Part shown: positions 19,499 through 29,865 of the stretch, in pieces | Numbering within the stretch: position 1 is the stretch's first letter | Layout: each line of letters begins with the position of its first letter | Source: a virus | Lineage: Duplodnaviria; Caudoviricetes | Strand: one strand, 5' to 3' | IMG/VR virus record: IMGVR_UViG_3300025430_000028 | Location: 1 to 55,475 of that record | DNA length: 55,475 bases | Made by a program: the position numbers and the translations under genes | Notes under the pieces: model-generated | Told to the model about the DNA's origin: nothing | Seen by the model: the letters and a program-made list of their open reading frames with translations, nothing else | Database searches by the model: none

Positions 19499-20443
19499 CT
19501 AATCTTTTTGACTTGCTACTTTTTCTAAAAAATCTGATTTTGCTTCAGGGTCATTTTGAACTTTCATAAAATCTAATGCTGAGAAAAATTTAGTGTCCCC
19601 TCCCGGTAATAATAATTTTCCCATTTTACTTCCGGGTATTAAAAAAACTCTTGACCCTAAAGATTTTGTACCCTGAGTGCTTGCCGTTTTACCTTCATTT
19701 AATGATTTTTGATAATCAGATAATAATGTAGGATTTTTACTAGCTATAGTATCTATAACCTGTTGGCTAGGCTTATATATAACTATTCTTTCTCCTTTTG
19801 GTATTGTTCTAGCTATATGACTTTTAAAATCAGTCTCAGGTATATTATCATCTGTTGTAAATAATCCTGTCCCGCCTTGCCCTAAATCATAGTTATCATA
19901 CATTTTTACATTACCATTCTCATCCTTCCCCATAGCCAATCTCATATGATGCGGAACATTTTTTGCATCAATATACTGAATCATATCTCCCGGCTCAACT
20001 TTATTTTTAAAATCCTCTTCATCTTTTATTTCAATAGGATTAAAGCCTGCTTTTTTTGCATTTTTGGCAAATGAAGGATTGTATTTATATATATTTTGCC
20101 CTTCATTCTCTTTAGCTCCCGGAACTGGAACTGTTTCATCACTTTTACCAAAATCAACGCCAGAATGTCTATAAACATTACATACACCCGCTATACACCC
20201 AAGTCCACTTCCCGGCTCTTCTCCGGGAGGCGCAAAATAAATTCCATTTCTAAGCTGCTTTAAAGCAGATTTTGTTAAATAATCTCTAACAGCTTCATTT
20301 TTAGATGCACTAGGAACAGGAGGCTGCCCAACAGAAGTTGTAGCATTCATAGCTTTAACAGCATCGTTAGATGGCTGAGGCGCATTTGCGTTACCATTTA
20401 GCATGTTTTGTAATACAGTTGTAGCTTGTGCAGGAACTCCCAT
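19499..20443 (-). CDS. virion-associated NlpC/P60-superfamily (CHAP-like) cysteine hydrolase
   Basis: GCIAGV catalytic-Cys segment, PGDMIQY, and HHM His segment. Confidence 0.55.
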   Translation of the reverse strand: MGVPAQATTVLQNMLNGNANAPQPSNDAVKAMNATTSVGQPPVPSASKNEAVRDYLTKSALKQLRNGIYFAPPGEEPGSGLGCIAGVCNVYRHSGVDFGKSDETVPVPGAKENEGQNIYKYNPSFAKNAKKAGFNPIEIKDEEDFKNKVEPGDMIQYIDAKNVPHHMRLAMGKDENGNVKMYDNYDLGQGGTGLFTTDDNIPETDFKSHIARTIPKGERIVIYKPSQQVIDTIASKNPTLLSDYQKSLNEGKTASTQGTKSLGSRVFLIPGSKMGKLLLPGGDTKFFSALDFMKVQNDPEAKSDFLEKVASQKD

Positions 20444-20445
20444 AA

Positions 20446-20895
20446 TTAATAAACTAATTTTGTTACTAAATTATCTAAATAAATAAATTCATCTATAACT
20501 TCCATACCCATTTTAACCAAAAAACCAATCGCCCTTAAATTCTTACTCCACAAATGACATATAAAATTCTTACCTATTTTTTTAGCTATAGATGAGAAAA
20601 ATTGTCTCAAATATTGCCTATTTCTATATTGTATATTAAGACCAAAGCTTATCAATAATTTATCTTTATAAAAGAAATATCCTATTAATTTACCTTTTTC
20701 GTAAAATCCATAATAGTGCATTTCTCCCTCAACTTCTTCATAGCTTTTTTCTTTCCTTAATATATCTTCTACTATGTCATCTAAACTTTCAATAAATACT
20801 GTAGGGTCGTAATATTTAAAAATATCCATATCCCCAGCAAATGCCACTCTTATTGCATTCCCTAATTCGTTATGATTTATTTTCTTTACTATCAT
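20446..20895 (-). CDS. GNAT-fold acetyltransferase-like protein (T7 gp13-like position)
   Basis: KLIGYF and N.RAI.FL.K.G motifs; directly follows the muzzle gene. Confidence 0.65.
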   Translation of the reverse strand: MIVKKINHNELGNAIRVAFAGDMDIFKYYDPTVFIESLDDIVEDILRKEKSYEEVEGEMHYYGFYEKGKLIGYFFYKDKLLISFGLNIQYRNRQYLRQFFSSIAKKIGKNFICHLWSKNLRAIGFLVKMGMEVIDEFIYLDNLVTKLVY

Positions 20896-23800
20896 GAATT
20901 TCTAGGGCTATCAATAAATTTAACACTTATTTCACTCAAAAATACTAAATTATTTGCATTATTTGATTGAAAATCTATTACTATATAATTCCCTTTCAAA
21001 CTATCTCCATTACCTATACCACCTATTGAATTAGTATCTCTTAAAAATACAGCTTCATAGTTACCTTCTAATTGAGCAAAATCAGATTCTACTAAGTTAC
21101 TTTGTTGGTTTGTAGTACCATAACTATATGAATTGGTAGATATTACAGGACAAGCCCAAATTCCGCTAGCTACCTCTTTTAAAGCTAAAAATGATTTATT
21201 TTCAACCAAAGTTTGATTAAATACAGCTTGAATAGAAGCAGCATATTGCGTACCATAAAAGTTGCAATAAGTAGCGTCTTTGCTATGTAAGTACATTTTA
21301 CCATTCTTCCAAGTATATACGTTTTCTTCTACTGCTAATAAATATTCTGGATGAAAATCATAAAATGAAGTATATGAATTTCTTTTCTCATTGAACGAAA
21401 AATTATAATCAGGTACTGTCTGATGAACAGAGCCTTTAATAATAGTTCCTCCTTGAAGTATAACATGGGCCTGCTCTTCAAAATAATCATAAACACCTAG
21501 AATCTTAGCTTTACCACCTTGATTACCATCAAATGATTGATTGTAATTACTTAAAAGACTTTTTATGTAATATTGACCTTTATATAATTCACTTATTGGA
21601 ACAAGCCCATCATCACTAAGTCTCATGTGGTATCCACGAATTGGGTCTACAAAATAATCTTGTATTTTACCACTCACTAATCCTGTATATTGCTCCCCTA
21701 GACCATATTCGCCTTTATAGTATTGTATATTGTTTGCAGTAATAATATCACTACTAATAATCAATTGATTTTCTCCTTGATTATTTTGAATATATTTAGT
21801 ATAAACACCATATTGTCCGCAAGCTCTATTTTGGAAAACTCTTAATATCCTGTCCCTAGCTTTAAATCTTTGAATATCCCCTCTGCTTGTATCTATTTCA
21901 TCATAATTAACAGGATAAAATCTATTAGTTTGATTTATATTAGTATTTTGCTGATACCCTAAGCTCCATCTAACCAATGTGCCATAAAATGCATCTTTAG
22001 CATTTACATCTATTACAAGTGGCCTTGAGTTAGAATTTGTTTCTATATTGTAAGTATCACTATAAGAATAATCATCTACATAAATAGGTATAGTATTTAA
22101 TGGGGTTATTTCCATTTCGAATCCACCTACATGCAAATCAATAACATTACTATCATTTGTAAATATTAAAGCTGACTTATATCCAGCAGGAATTTTAACA
22201 ATAGCATCTACATTTATTACATATTGTTGATTAACTACTGTTACTTGTTGAGTGCCTAATATTTGATTAGTAACAACAGTTCCTGTGCTATTGTAGCATT
22301 TAATAAAAGCCTTTATTGATGTAGATTGGTCTCCATTGCTATTATAAATACTAAATGTAAATTTAAATCTTACATTATAATCAACAGCAGATGTATTCCA
22401 ATAATTATATTCCCCATCAATCCATGTAGGCACTCCAGAATAAACAGTTGGGTCTCCTGCAATATCTGCATTTGTATGACCTATTGTATAATTTGTAGTT
22501 ACAACAGGAGTTGCTGCACTATTTATAGACCAAGTAACATATGAATTACTATATTTAGGATTACCAACACATTGTATTTGTACAGATGGACTTATTGTTA
22601 CATTTCTTTGTCTATAAAAAATATCTCCATCATTAATTTTAAGTATAGCAGGCTGAGAGCTTGTTTGGCTTTGATTATCTGCTAAATGATAGTATTGATT
22701 AGTACTCGAATTATACTCTATATTAAACTTTTCTCCAATTTCGTAATAAATCTGTTGGTCTGCTGAAAATGATAATGCTTTGTTGTAAATAAATATTTCA
22801 TAGTTTTGATAGTCAGGAGTACCATCAAATTTCATATCAGTACTTATATCTGTTGCAGGAGGATATGCTATTTTCAAGAAAGTACCAGTTTTAGCAATAC
22901 CATTCATGACTGGATTAACAGATAAGCCTAATATCTCATAATCATATCCTTTATTATACAAAGATGATGAAGGCGCACCTACTGAATTATATCTTTCTAT
23001 AAATCTAACTCTATCTCCCGGAGAAAATTCATATCCAACAACGCCCTGAGTAGCTTGTATTTGTAAATTATATTCGTATATATTATCTATACCAATATAT
23101 GCATATTTTTGATTTGGAGTAACAGTAACATCAACATCTGAAAATGCGCTAACACTTACCCAATATAAAGCCTTAATACCGTATGAAAGGTTATTAGACC
23201 TTACTATTTGATAATATTTAGCCCATGATGGAGCAAAGTTGTTTATAGTTATTAATCTATCTGTACTTATTTCTTGAGGTGGTATATAAGCTCCTCCAGA
23301 AACACTTGTACTTAAATTAAGACCTATATCAGTATTTACTCCATTAGTTTTACCATTCTCATCATAATAAACTATTCCATATTTATATGATGCATTTGCA
23401 AATAAACTATATAAAATATCCCATTCTGGATGAACTATACTAGAATTATCATGAATATCAGTAAATCCACATAAAATAACACCTGTATAACTTAAAACTA
23501 ACTCATTTGCGATAGTAGAAACTACCGTATATCCCTTTGCAACAGCAGCAGCAGATAGACCTGATATTGCACTTGATATAAGCTCATTTGTATTACTATA
23601 AGAAAAAGAAAGGTCGGTATATGTAGAAGAACCTGTATCGTACTTTCTAGCATATACATTATAAACGGCATACGCCAATGGAGTATACCCTCCTGTTGTT
23701 ACGCCATCAATTACTATTTTAATTGTATTGCTATTTGTTACATTTTCTGCAAAGAATAAAAATCCATTAGCACCAAGTCTTAAACTACCTGTGCTTTCTT

Positions 23801-24869
23801 GAGAAACAGTAGCATTTACAGTAACATTATTATATCCTTCTCTTATACCGCCATATATTAATGTAGACCCATTTAATAACTCTTGAGCATTTGCTGCATT
23901 TGGAACATAATCATAAAGTAATATCTGTTCAGCTTTATCTACAACTGTATAAACAGCATCATTGTAAAACTGAAATTTATATATATCATTATCAGGTATA
24001 GATAATAAAGTTTTATCAAATGATTGTATTAAAGAATAATCACTCGTAGCACCTGCTGTTGTTTCTCTAAATGCAACTTCTATTTTTCTAACACTAGGAT
24101 TACCTGTGTCAAAATACATTATTATATTATTATTCAAATATTTTGAATCAGTACCACTACCGAAAGTTCCATCATTATTTGGATAAAGAGGCAACGGAGT
24201 CTGACTTCCTGTACTCCATACAGATTTTTCATTATCATCATAAACAAATCTATATATAAATTGGAATAAACCATTTTTTAGATTGTTCCCAAGATAAGTA
24301 TTATCAAGCCCATAACAACATTGTATTGGGTTTGTTGGAGGAGCTTTTATTACATTTATATAATTTCTTTCTACGATACTATATGGAGTATATAAATATC
24401 TATCTATATTTATTTTAGTAGGTCTTCCTAAGATATCTACAAAATATAAAATATCATTTTCATTTATAGTTGGGCTGCCTGCATAAATAATATTAATATT
24501 AACTATTATTCTATCTAAATTAAAATTAAGAATATCTCCATCTGTATTTGACCCATTTTGTAATAATGTGTACCAAAATCCACTACTTAAATCATAAACA
24601 TAAATACCATGATTACCTTCATCATTATAATTAAATGAGAATATTCTTTCTCTTACTTGGTCATAATAAGAACTTATGCAAGTATTATTACCAGAAGATG
24701 GCAAATTAGTATTAGGGACTTCAGCATTACCAAAAACATTTTGCGCCCTCATGGCAACTCCATCCCCTCTAAAAGTTATATTTTTAGCATCTGTATGTGA
24801 ATAGAAATTCACCTCCGCATTAGGAGTATCAGTATCTAAGACACCATTAAATTTTCTTATCTCAGGCAT
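20892..24869 (-). CDS. tail muzzle/stabilization protein (crAss-like, P22 gp10-type)
   Basis: 1325 aa; FQFIYRFVYDD.EKS.WS, YGIVYYDE.G and YFVD..RG...RLS.DGL..IS motifs typical of this family. Confidence 0.8.
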   Translation of the reverse strand: MPEIRKFNGVLDTDTPNAEVNFYSHTDAKNITFRGDGVAMRAQNVFGNAEVPNTNLPSSGNNTCISSYYDQVRERIFSFNYNDEGNHGIYVYDLSSGFWYTLLQNGSNTDGDILNFNLDRIIVNINIIYAGSPTINENDILYFVDILGRPTKINIDRYLYTPYSIVERNYINVIKAPPTNPIQCCYGLDNTYLGNNLKNGLFQFIYRFVYDDNEKSVWSTGSQTPLPLYPNNDGTFGSGTDSKYLNNNIIMYFDTGNPSVRKIEVAFRETTAGATSDYSLIQSFDKTLLSIPDNDIYKFQFYNDAVYTVVDKAEQILLYDYVPNAANAQELLNGSTLIYGGIREGYNNVTVNATVSQESTGSLRLGANGFLFFAENVTNSNTIKIVIDGVTTGGYTPLAYAVYNVYARKYDTGSSTYTDLSFSYSNTNELISSAISGLSAAAVAKGYTVVSTIANELVLSYTGVILCGFTDIHDNSSIVHPEWDILYSLFANASYKYGIVYYDENGKTNGVNTDIGLNLSTSVSGGAYIPPQEISTDRLITINNFAPSWAKYYQIVRSNNLSYGIKALYWVSVSAFSDVDVTVTPNQKYAYIGIDNIYEYNLQIQATQGVVGYEFSPGDRVRFIERYNSVGAPSSSLYNKGYDYEILGLSVNPVMNGIAKTGTFLKIAYPPATDISTDMKFDGTPDYQNYEIFIYNKALSFSADQQIYYEIGEKFNIEYNSSTNQYYHLADNQSQTSSQPAILKINDGDIFYRQRNVTISPSVQIQCVGNPKYSNSYVTWSINSAATPVVTTNYTIGHTNADIAGDPTVYSGVPTWIDGEYNYWNTSAVDYNVRFKFTFSIYNSNGDQSTSIKAFIKCYNSTGTVVTNQILGTQQVTVVNQQYVINVDAIVKIPAGYKSALIFTNDSNVIDLHVGGFEMEITPLNTIPIYVDDYSYSDTYNIETNSNSRPLVIDVNAKDAFYGTLVRWSLGYQQNTNINQTNRFYPVNYDEIDTSRGDIQRFKARDRILRVFQNRACGQYGVYTKYIQNNQGENQLIISSDIITANNIQYYKGEYGLGEQYTGLVSGKIQDYFVDPIRGYHMRLSDDGLVPISELYKGQYYIKSLLSNYNQSFDGNQGGKAKILGVYDYFEEQAHVILQGGTIIKGSVHQTVPDYNFSFNEKRNSYTSFYDFHPEYLLAVEENVYTWKNGKMYLHSKDATYCNFYGTQYAASIQAVFNQTLVENKSFLALKEVASGIWACPVISTNSYSYGTTNQQSNLVESDFAQLEGNYEAVFLRDTNSIGGIGNGDSLKGNYIVIDFQSNNANNLVFLSEISVKFIDSPRNS

Positions 24870-24877
24870 AACTTATT

Positions 24878-25648
24878 TTATGATTTAACAGCCAATCTAG
24901 TGTACATTTGAGCCATTTCAAATGTTTCTTCTAAGTACAATGGTTTATATCTTGACATAGCCAATCTTCTTTCATTGTAATATTCATGTCTCCTATCTCT
25001 TTTATCTCCTAAATTACCTTTTCTAGTAGTTGGCATGTTAGCTATATCTTTCCAAGCTAAATAGGCTATTAAAGCTTCTCTAAATTGTAATGGAATATAA
25101 TACTCTTCTGTTTCTACAGGACTAGCTATATATTCTAAAATAATATAATTATAGAAGAAATTTTCATTTAAAAGTATCAATGAATTTTTTACATCAATAT
25201 TAAAGTTTCCTACAAATGGAGAACCACTAGGAATACCATAAATATTTCCATAAGCTATACCATCCCAGAAATTAAAGAATACAGGGGATTCTGGTGAATA
25301 ATAATCAAATAGTGTAGTATCTTGTGTCTGAGAGTCTCTTGTAGGAGTTAAATCAGCATAAGTAGTCATCTTTTGATTAAATATCAATGGAATTACTTCG
25401 CCCCTATCATTTAATACGCCTATTTTAGTATAATTAATATAATCAGCAGGAAGCAATACTGTCTGATTTGTAGCATCTACAGGAAGTTTTACCGATTTTA
25501 CTTGATAAAAAAAGTCAAGACCTAGCTGCTCCATACCCCTAAAGGCAAGCTGCCAAATCTTAAAATATTTATGATTAGACTGTTCTGATTCATCTAAGTA
25601 ATCATTAACAACCGAATCAATGGTTATATACCCCTGAACATTTTTCAT
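24878..25648 (-). CDS. tail ring/adaptor protein
   Basis: LPADYINY and ILEYI...IP..FREAL.AY motifs of crAss-like ring proteins. Confidence 0.7.
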   Translation of the reverse strand: MKNVQGYITIDSVVNDYLDESEQSNHKYFKIWQLAFRGMEQLGLDFFYQVKSVKLPVDATNQTVLLPADYINYTKIGVLNDRGEVIPLIFNQKMTTYADLTPTRDSQTQDTTLFDYYSPESPVFFNFWDGIAYGNIYGIPSGSPFVGNFNIDVKNSLILLNENFFYNYIILEYIASPVETEEYYIPLQFREALIAYLAWKDIANMPTTRKGNLGDKRDRRHEYYNERRLAMSRYKPLYLEETFEMAQMYTRLAVKS

Positions 25649-25653
25649 ATTAT

Positions 25654-25926
25654 CTATTTTTCAATATAAGCCAATATATCTTGCTGTTGCATCAGCACAT
25701 ATTTCTCTCCTTCATCTTCAATTTCAGTACCAGCTCCTTTTATATGGAAACATAATACATTAATTGGTAAGTTCATTGGTTTTTCTTTACTTCCATTCCC
25801 TACAGCTACAATCATTCCTCTATTACTCCTACTTTTAATACTATCAGGTACTATAATACCACCTAATGAAATACTTTCAGTATAATCAGGCTTGATTAAA
25901 ACTGAATTTTTAATCGGTCTTATCAT
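25654..25926 (-). CDS. groES: co-chaperonin GroES
   Basis: RP...VLIKP...GGIIVPDS...G.IVAVG.G...GTEI...GEKYVLM...DILA. Confidence 0.9.
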   Translation of the reverse strand: MIRPIKNSVLIKPDYTESISLGGIIVPDSIKSRSNRGMIVAVGNGSKEKPMNLPINVLCFHIKGAGTEIEDEGEKYVLMQQQDILAYIEK

Positions 25927-25939
25927 TGTTTTGTTTTTT

Positions 25940-26566
25940 TTATACTATATCAACACCATCATTAGCCAATTCTTTAGGCTGAGTTCTCTCCATAACTAAC
26001 GCCTTAGCTATAAATTCAGTAATAACAGGTATATAATCAGGCGGAACATTTATTTCGCTATTAATATCTGTACTATCGCCTCCACTAATCATTCTTATAT
26101 TAGCATTATATTCTAATAATGATGTTATACTTTTTAAATATATAGTAGAACCTTCATTCCAATATAAAATCTTTGAAGGTATTGGCCTCATACTATCTAC
26201 ATATCCTACTTGATTTATACTAAGAGGTATGCAATCTAATGATATTTGATTACCATTTGTAATTTTCAAAGAAGCGATACCTTCATTTCTACCAATTCCT
26301 ACAGGTACTTCTGGTAAGCTAATTTTATATGTAAATTGTTGACTATTTGATATATCTAATCCCCTATATGTAGTATAGAATGAATTATTTACAAATGATA
26401 TATTCTCAATTTGTACGTTATCGGTATAGTTTTTTCTAGCAGCAAAACCAACAGCTTGAGATAAGTATTGATTAACTAAATTAATAGTAATATTACTATC
26501 ATCTGCTGGCTCTTCACCATATATTTGTCTTAGTATTTGTTCGCAAAGTTGGTATCTAGTAAGCAT
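25940..26566 (-). CDS. tail ring/adaptor protein
   Basis: 208 aa; position and helix-beta-helix layout like the neighbouring ring genes. Confidence 0.6.
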   Translation of the reverse strand: MLTRYQLCEQILRQIYGEEPADDSNITINLVNQYLSQAVGFAARKNYTDNVQIENISFVNNSFYTTYRGLDISNSQQFTYKISLPEVPVGIGRNEGIASLKITNGNQISLDCIPLSINQVGYVDSMRPIPSKILYWNEGSTIYLKSITSLLEYNANIRMISGGDSTDINSEINVPPDYIPVITEFIAKALVMERTQPKELANDGVDIV

Positions 26567-27234
26567 TATTGACCTCCTTGTTTAATTTCATTAGCATATA
26601 AGTCAATATTTTGAGATTGTAAGTTAACACCAACGAGTCTCAATGCTCTAGCTATAATATCAAGCATAGAAGTATCTAACCATACAGGGTCAGCACTTGT
26701 TGATGGATTATATACAGGTCTACCATTCCCATCTAATGTATATCCCCATGTAATTACAGGGGGCATACCTACATAATACAATATAGCACTACCTAATGAA
26801 GCAGGATAAAATGTATAACCAAGTTTATCTATCGTATATATAGGATTAGTTAATACAGGGTCTATTTGAGATTTAAGATATGAATATAATTTATTTCTAG
26901 GTACATATCTTATTCTATTTATACCATCACTCATCATTAATGTATCAGTATATTGATACCCTGAAGGATATAGAACATATCCTGTACCGTCTATAGTTAA
27001 TGTAGTTTTAGATATTAATGGCTCTAATTGTTGTCTAGTTACTTCTGTTAAGCCATAACTAACCTTAGAGACAGGCCTGCCATTTTGAAATTGTTGTAAA
27101 TCTCCTAGAAGATAATTCAAATATGACGTTTGAGCTTGGTTAATGACAATATCAAATTGGTCAGGAGATAAATATCCCTGTTGATTTTTGTTTACAATGT
27201 ATTGCATTAACTTATAGCAAAAGTCAACTGTCAC
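26566..27234 (-). CDS. tail ring/adaptor protein
   Basis: NKNQQGYLSP.QF...NQAQ N-terminus typical of crAss-like ring proteins; GTG start. Confidence 0.7.
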   Translation of the reverse strand: MTVDFCYKLMQYIVNKNQQGYLSPDQFDIVINQAQTSYLNYLLGDLQQFQNGRPVSKVSYGLTEVTRQQLEPLISKTTLTIDGTGYVLYPSGYQYTDTLMMSDGINRIRYVPRNKLYSYLKSQIDPVLTNPIYTIDKLGYTFYPASLGSAILYYVGMPPVITWGYTLDGNGRPVYNPSTSADPVWLDTSMLDIIARALRLVGVNLQSQNIDLYANEIKQGGQ

Positions 27235-27275
27235 TTTTATTTATTTTTTGTTACACAAATATAACGAATAAGAAC

Positions 27276-27313
27276 AAAAAAACCCTTATTTTTTTAAGAT
27301 AAGGGATTTTTTT
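27276..27313. terminator. probable bidirectional intrinsic terminator
   Basis: cccttat...ataaggg stem flanked by an A-run and a T-run. Confidence 0.65.
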
Positions 27314-27330
27314 GGTAAAACTTACAGGTT

Positions 27331-28224
27331 TTACTTAGATATACGTTCTAATTCATCAAGGAATGATTTACCTTCTGCTGAATTAGTCATTGCAAATTCA
27401 AGTAAATATTCAGGAGCTTTTCTTGATAATGGCAATTTGCAAATAAATCCACCATTTGCAAATGTAATATTTCCACTAGCACCACCTAAATCTATTTTAG
27501 CATCTAATATACATCTTCTAATTAAATAAGAAATTTCAACCTCTTTGCTATCAATATTAGCCTTGAAACGTTGTGGGTCACGCTTAGCGAATAGCATTAA
27601 CTCTCTTCTAATAGCATCATCTGCTTTTGGCATACCTAACTCATCATAGAATACAATACCAAAGAATGAAGCAAGCTTTTTAGCCTTATCAATTGGCATT
27701 ACCTTAGCTTCTGTAGCCATATCAAGTTCAAGCATTTCTCTATCAAGAGCGGCCTTAGCTTGTTTCTGAGGATTGTGTTCAAAGAATTCAAACTTACTAC
27801 CAGTTCTTCTACTAGGATTATCAATAAAATGCCTACAATTTGTAATAAATTCTATAGCTAAAGTATCCCAACGTGGTACTCTCAGTATTCCTCCTTCGAA
27901 TTGAAGTGAACGTCTGTTAGTTCTAACATAGTCTTTATCCTGCAATATCTCAGTCAATTCAGATGACCAAATACTATTAGCACCTGATAATAACCAAATA
28001 CGTTCTTGTCTACCTGTCTTTGGATTAATAACATCATCAATACCATCAATATAAACTCTACCTTTTCTTTTGGTATCTACAAGCTTATAAATGATATTCC
28101 CATTTTGAATAGGAACTGATTCTTGACGAGCAATAGAAGCTTGCTCATAATTAAGTTGCTGTTGTTGAATTTCAATGTCTGATTCGCCTGTCATAGACAA
28201 ATCAACTAATGATTTTTTAGCCAT
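27331..28224 (-). CDS. conserved capsid-neighbouring protein of crAss-like phages, function unknown
   Basis: 297 aa; FEGG.L.V and RRELMLFAKRDP..F segments; downstream of the MCP. Confidence 0.6.
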   Translation of the reverse strand: MAKKSLVDLSMTGESDIEIQQQQLNYEQASIARQESVPIQNGNIIYKLVDTKRKGRVYIDGIDDVINPKTGRQERIWLLSGANSIWSSELTEILQDKDYVRTNRRSLQFEGGILRVPRWDTLAIEFITNCRHFIDNPSRRTGSKFEFFEHNPQKQAKAALDREMLELDMATEAKVMPIDKAKKLASFFGIVFYDELGMPKADDAIRRELMLFAKRDPQRFKANIDSKEVEISYLIRRCILDAKIDLGGASGNITFANGGFICKLPLSRKAPEYLLEFAMTNSAEGKSFLDELERISK

Positions 28225-28329
28225 TTTATTTATTTTAAATATTTTTTACTGGGAATATCCCAAACTCCATCTCGGAGTTATTTTAACAAATATACGAAAA
28301 ATATTGATTTTTTTATTTATTTTCGCAAT

Positions 28330-28488
28330 ATGCAACATGTAATTTCAACAGAAGGTATTATAATATTTACTAAATATATTATAAAATATAAACCTAGTTT
28401 AGATGATAATAATGTAACCTTTTGGGATACGCTTAATAGTGTTTATATATTTAAAGGAAGTCTTAAAGATTTTTTATTAAATTTCTAA
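28330..28488 (+). CDS. hypothetical protein, 52 aa, probably leaderless (not in ORF track)
   Basis: MQHVISTEG...LLNF*; promoter-like TATTTTCG ends 4 nt before the ATG. Confidence 0.45.
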   Translation: MQHVISTEGIIIFTKYIIKYKPSLDDNNVTFWDTLNSVYIFKGSLKDFLLNF

Positions 28489-28856
28489 CCATGTTCCATA
28501 TCGCAAAAAGTATCCCATTTTTTAACTACTATAACAGGTAAAGACTCATATCTTATTTCAAAACTATTCTCATCTTCATCAAAATTAACAGTTTGCAATA
28601 GCTCTACATTACCTATTTTTTCAGACTTTTCAACCGAGAAATCGCCCATAATACCACAAAACCTATCAAATTTATCGCAATATTCACCTTTTTTTTCTAA
28701 CCATAACTCAACCATACTCATAAAGTCTTTTTTAGAGACTTGTAAAACAACATCTTGATTAGTCTTTAAATTCTTCTCAATTATAAATACGCTTCTTATA
28801 TTGTTCGATGCACCTATAATTTCTGAAGTAAACGGTATTATCGAATACATATCCAA
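28485..28856 (-). CDS. hypothetical protein
   Basis: 123 aa ORF with its own TATATTTG element at 28868-28875. Confidence 0.6.
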   Translation of the reverse strand: MDMYSIIPFTSEIIGASNNIRSVFIIEKNLKTNQDVVLQVSKKDFMSMVELWLEKKGEYCDKFDRFCGIMGDFSVEKSEKIGNVELLQTVNFDEDENSFEIRYESLPVIVVKKWDTFCDMEHG

Positions 28857-28877
28857 TCTATTTGTAACAAATATAAC

Positions 28878-29750
28878 TTATTTGTCTTGATAAAAAAAGA
28901 CATGTCCGCTACGAATCGCCTTACCGTTATTATATTGTGCAGCTCTATTAATAGTTGTTTTTGGTATTCCTAATTCATCTGATGCCTCTTTAGCTGATGG
29001 ATATAATTTCTCTAATCCATCTGGAGATATGCTACGAATCGCCCTTTTAACGGTCTTAGTTTTTATTTCTTTAACTTCCATTCTTAATGGATACTCATCA
29101 CTTAATTTATATCTTACTAAATATCTTCCATCAATCCAACTACCATATAGTACACTATCCTTAACGGTACCAAGTTTTACTCCTAATTTATTAGCGCAAT
29201 TAGTAAGTGAGTCATACTCGCCAATAAGAACCCCATCACTTCCATAAACAATGCAAGCTCTTATAACTGCTAATCTTCCTTTTTCTACGCCCCATTCGGG
29301 TATATTTATATTTTTATCTTTATTTCTAATCTTAGCTTTTTCACTCATTATATCTTTTGATTCATCGCTATGCTTATGCCCATAAAAAGGATTTCCGTCT
29401 GATGTATATCTTTCACTTTGTTGCTTTCTTTGTTCAGTTTTATGCATCCAAGAACATCTTTGACCATCTCCTCCTCTTGTCATATTCATGCCTAAATCAT
29501 TGTCCTGATAGTAAGTATTCAATTCCTTAATCCAATAAATCTCTCTATCGTTTAATAAATCATCTTCAACTTCTTCTATTACTTCTAAAAAATGATTATC
29601 CCATCCATGCTTTCTAATACTATTAATAAGAACATAATTCTTATCTTTTTTAATAGAAGCTTTGTGAGAATTTACTCTTTTTCTAAGATTATATGTTTTA
29701 CCAACATAAATTTTTCCCGAAGGACTTGTTAATTTGTATATAACTCCCAT
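28878..29750 (-). CDS. free-standing GIY-YIG homing endonuclease with NUMOD3/NUMOD1-like DNA-binding repeats
   Basis: GVIY...IYVGKT; N.T.GGDG; NPFYGHKHSDESK; YDSL...A..LG and YPSAKEAS..LGI. Confidence 0.88.
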   Translation of the reverse strand: MGVIYKLTSPSGKIYVGKTYNLRKRVNSHKASIKKDKNYVLINSIRKHGWDNHFLEVIEEVEDDLLNDREIYWIKELNTYYQDNDLGMNMTRGGDGQRCSWMHKTEQRKQQSERYTSDGNPFYGHKHSDESKDIMSEKAKIRNKDKNINIPEWGVEKGRLAVIRACIVYGSDGVLIGEYDSLTNCANKLGVKLGTVKDSVLYGSWIDGRYLVRYKLSDEYPLRMEVKEIKTKTVKRAIRSISPDGLEKLYPSAKEASDELGIPKTTINRAAQYNNGKAIRSGHVFFYQDK

Positions 29751-29808
29751 AATTAATAATTTTTACAAAGATAAATGATTAATTACAACTTTACAAATAT
29801 TATTTAAT

Positions 29809-29837
29809 AAAAAAGGGGCAAGCCGTAGCTTACCCCC
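29809..29837 (-). terminator. intrinsic terminator after the major capsid gene
   Basis: Minus strand GGGGTAAGC-TACG-GCTTGCCCC-TTTTTT. Confidence 0.8.
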
Positions 29838-29865
29838 TAATAACTAACTGAAAATCAATCTAAAA

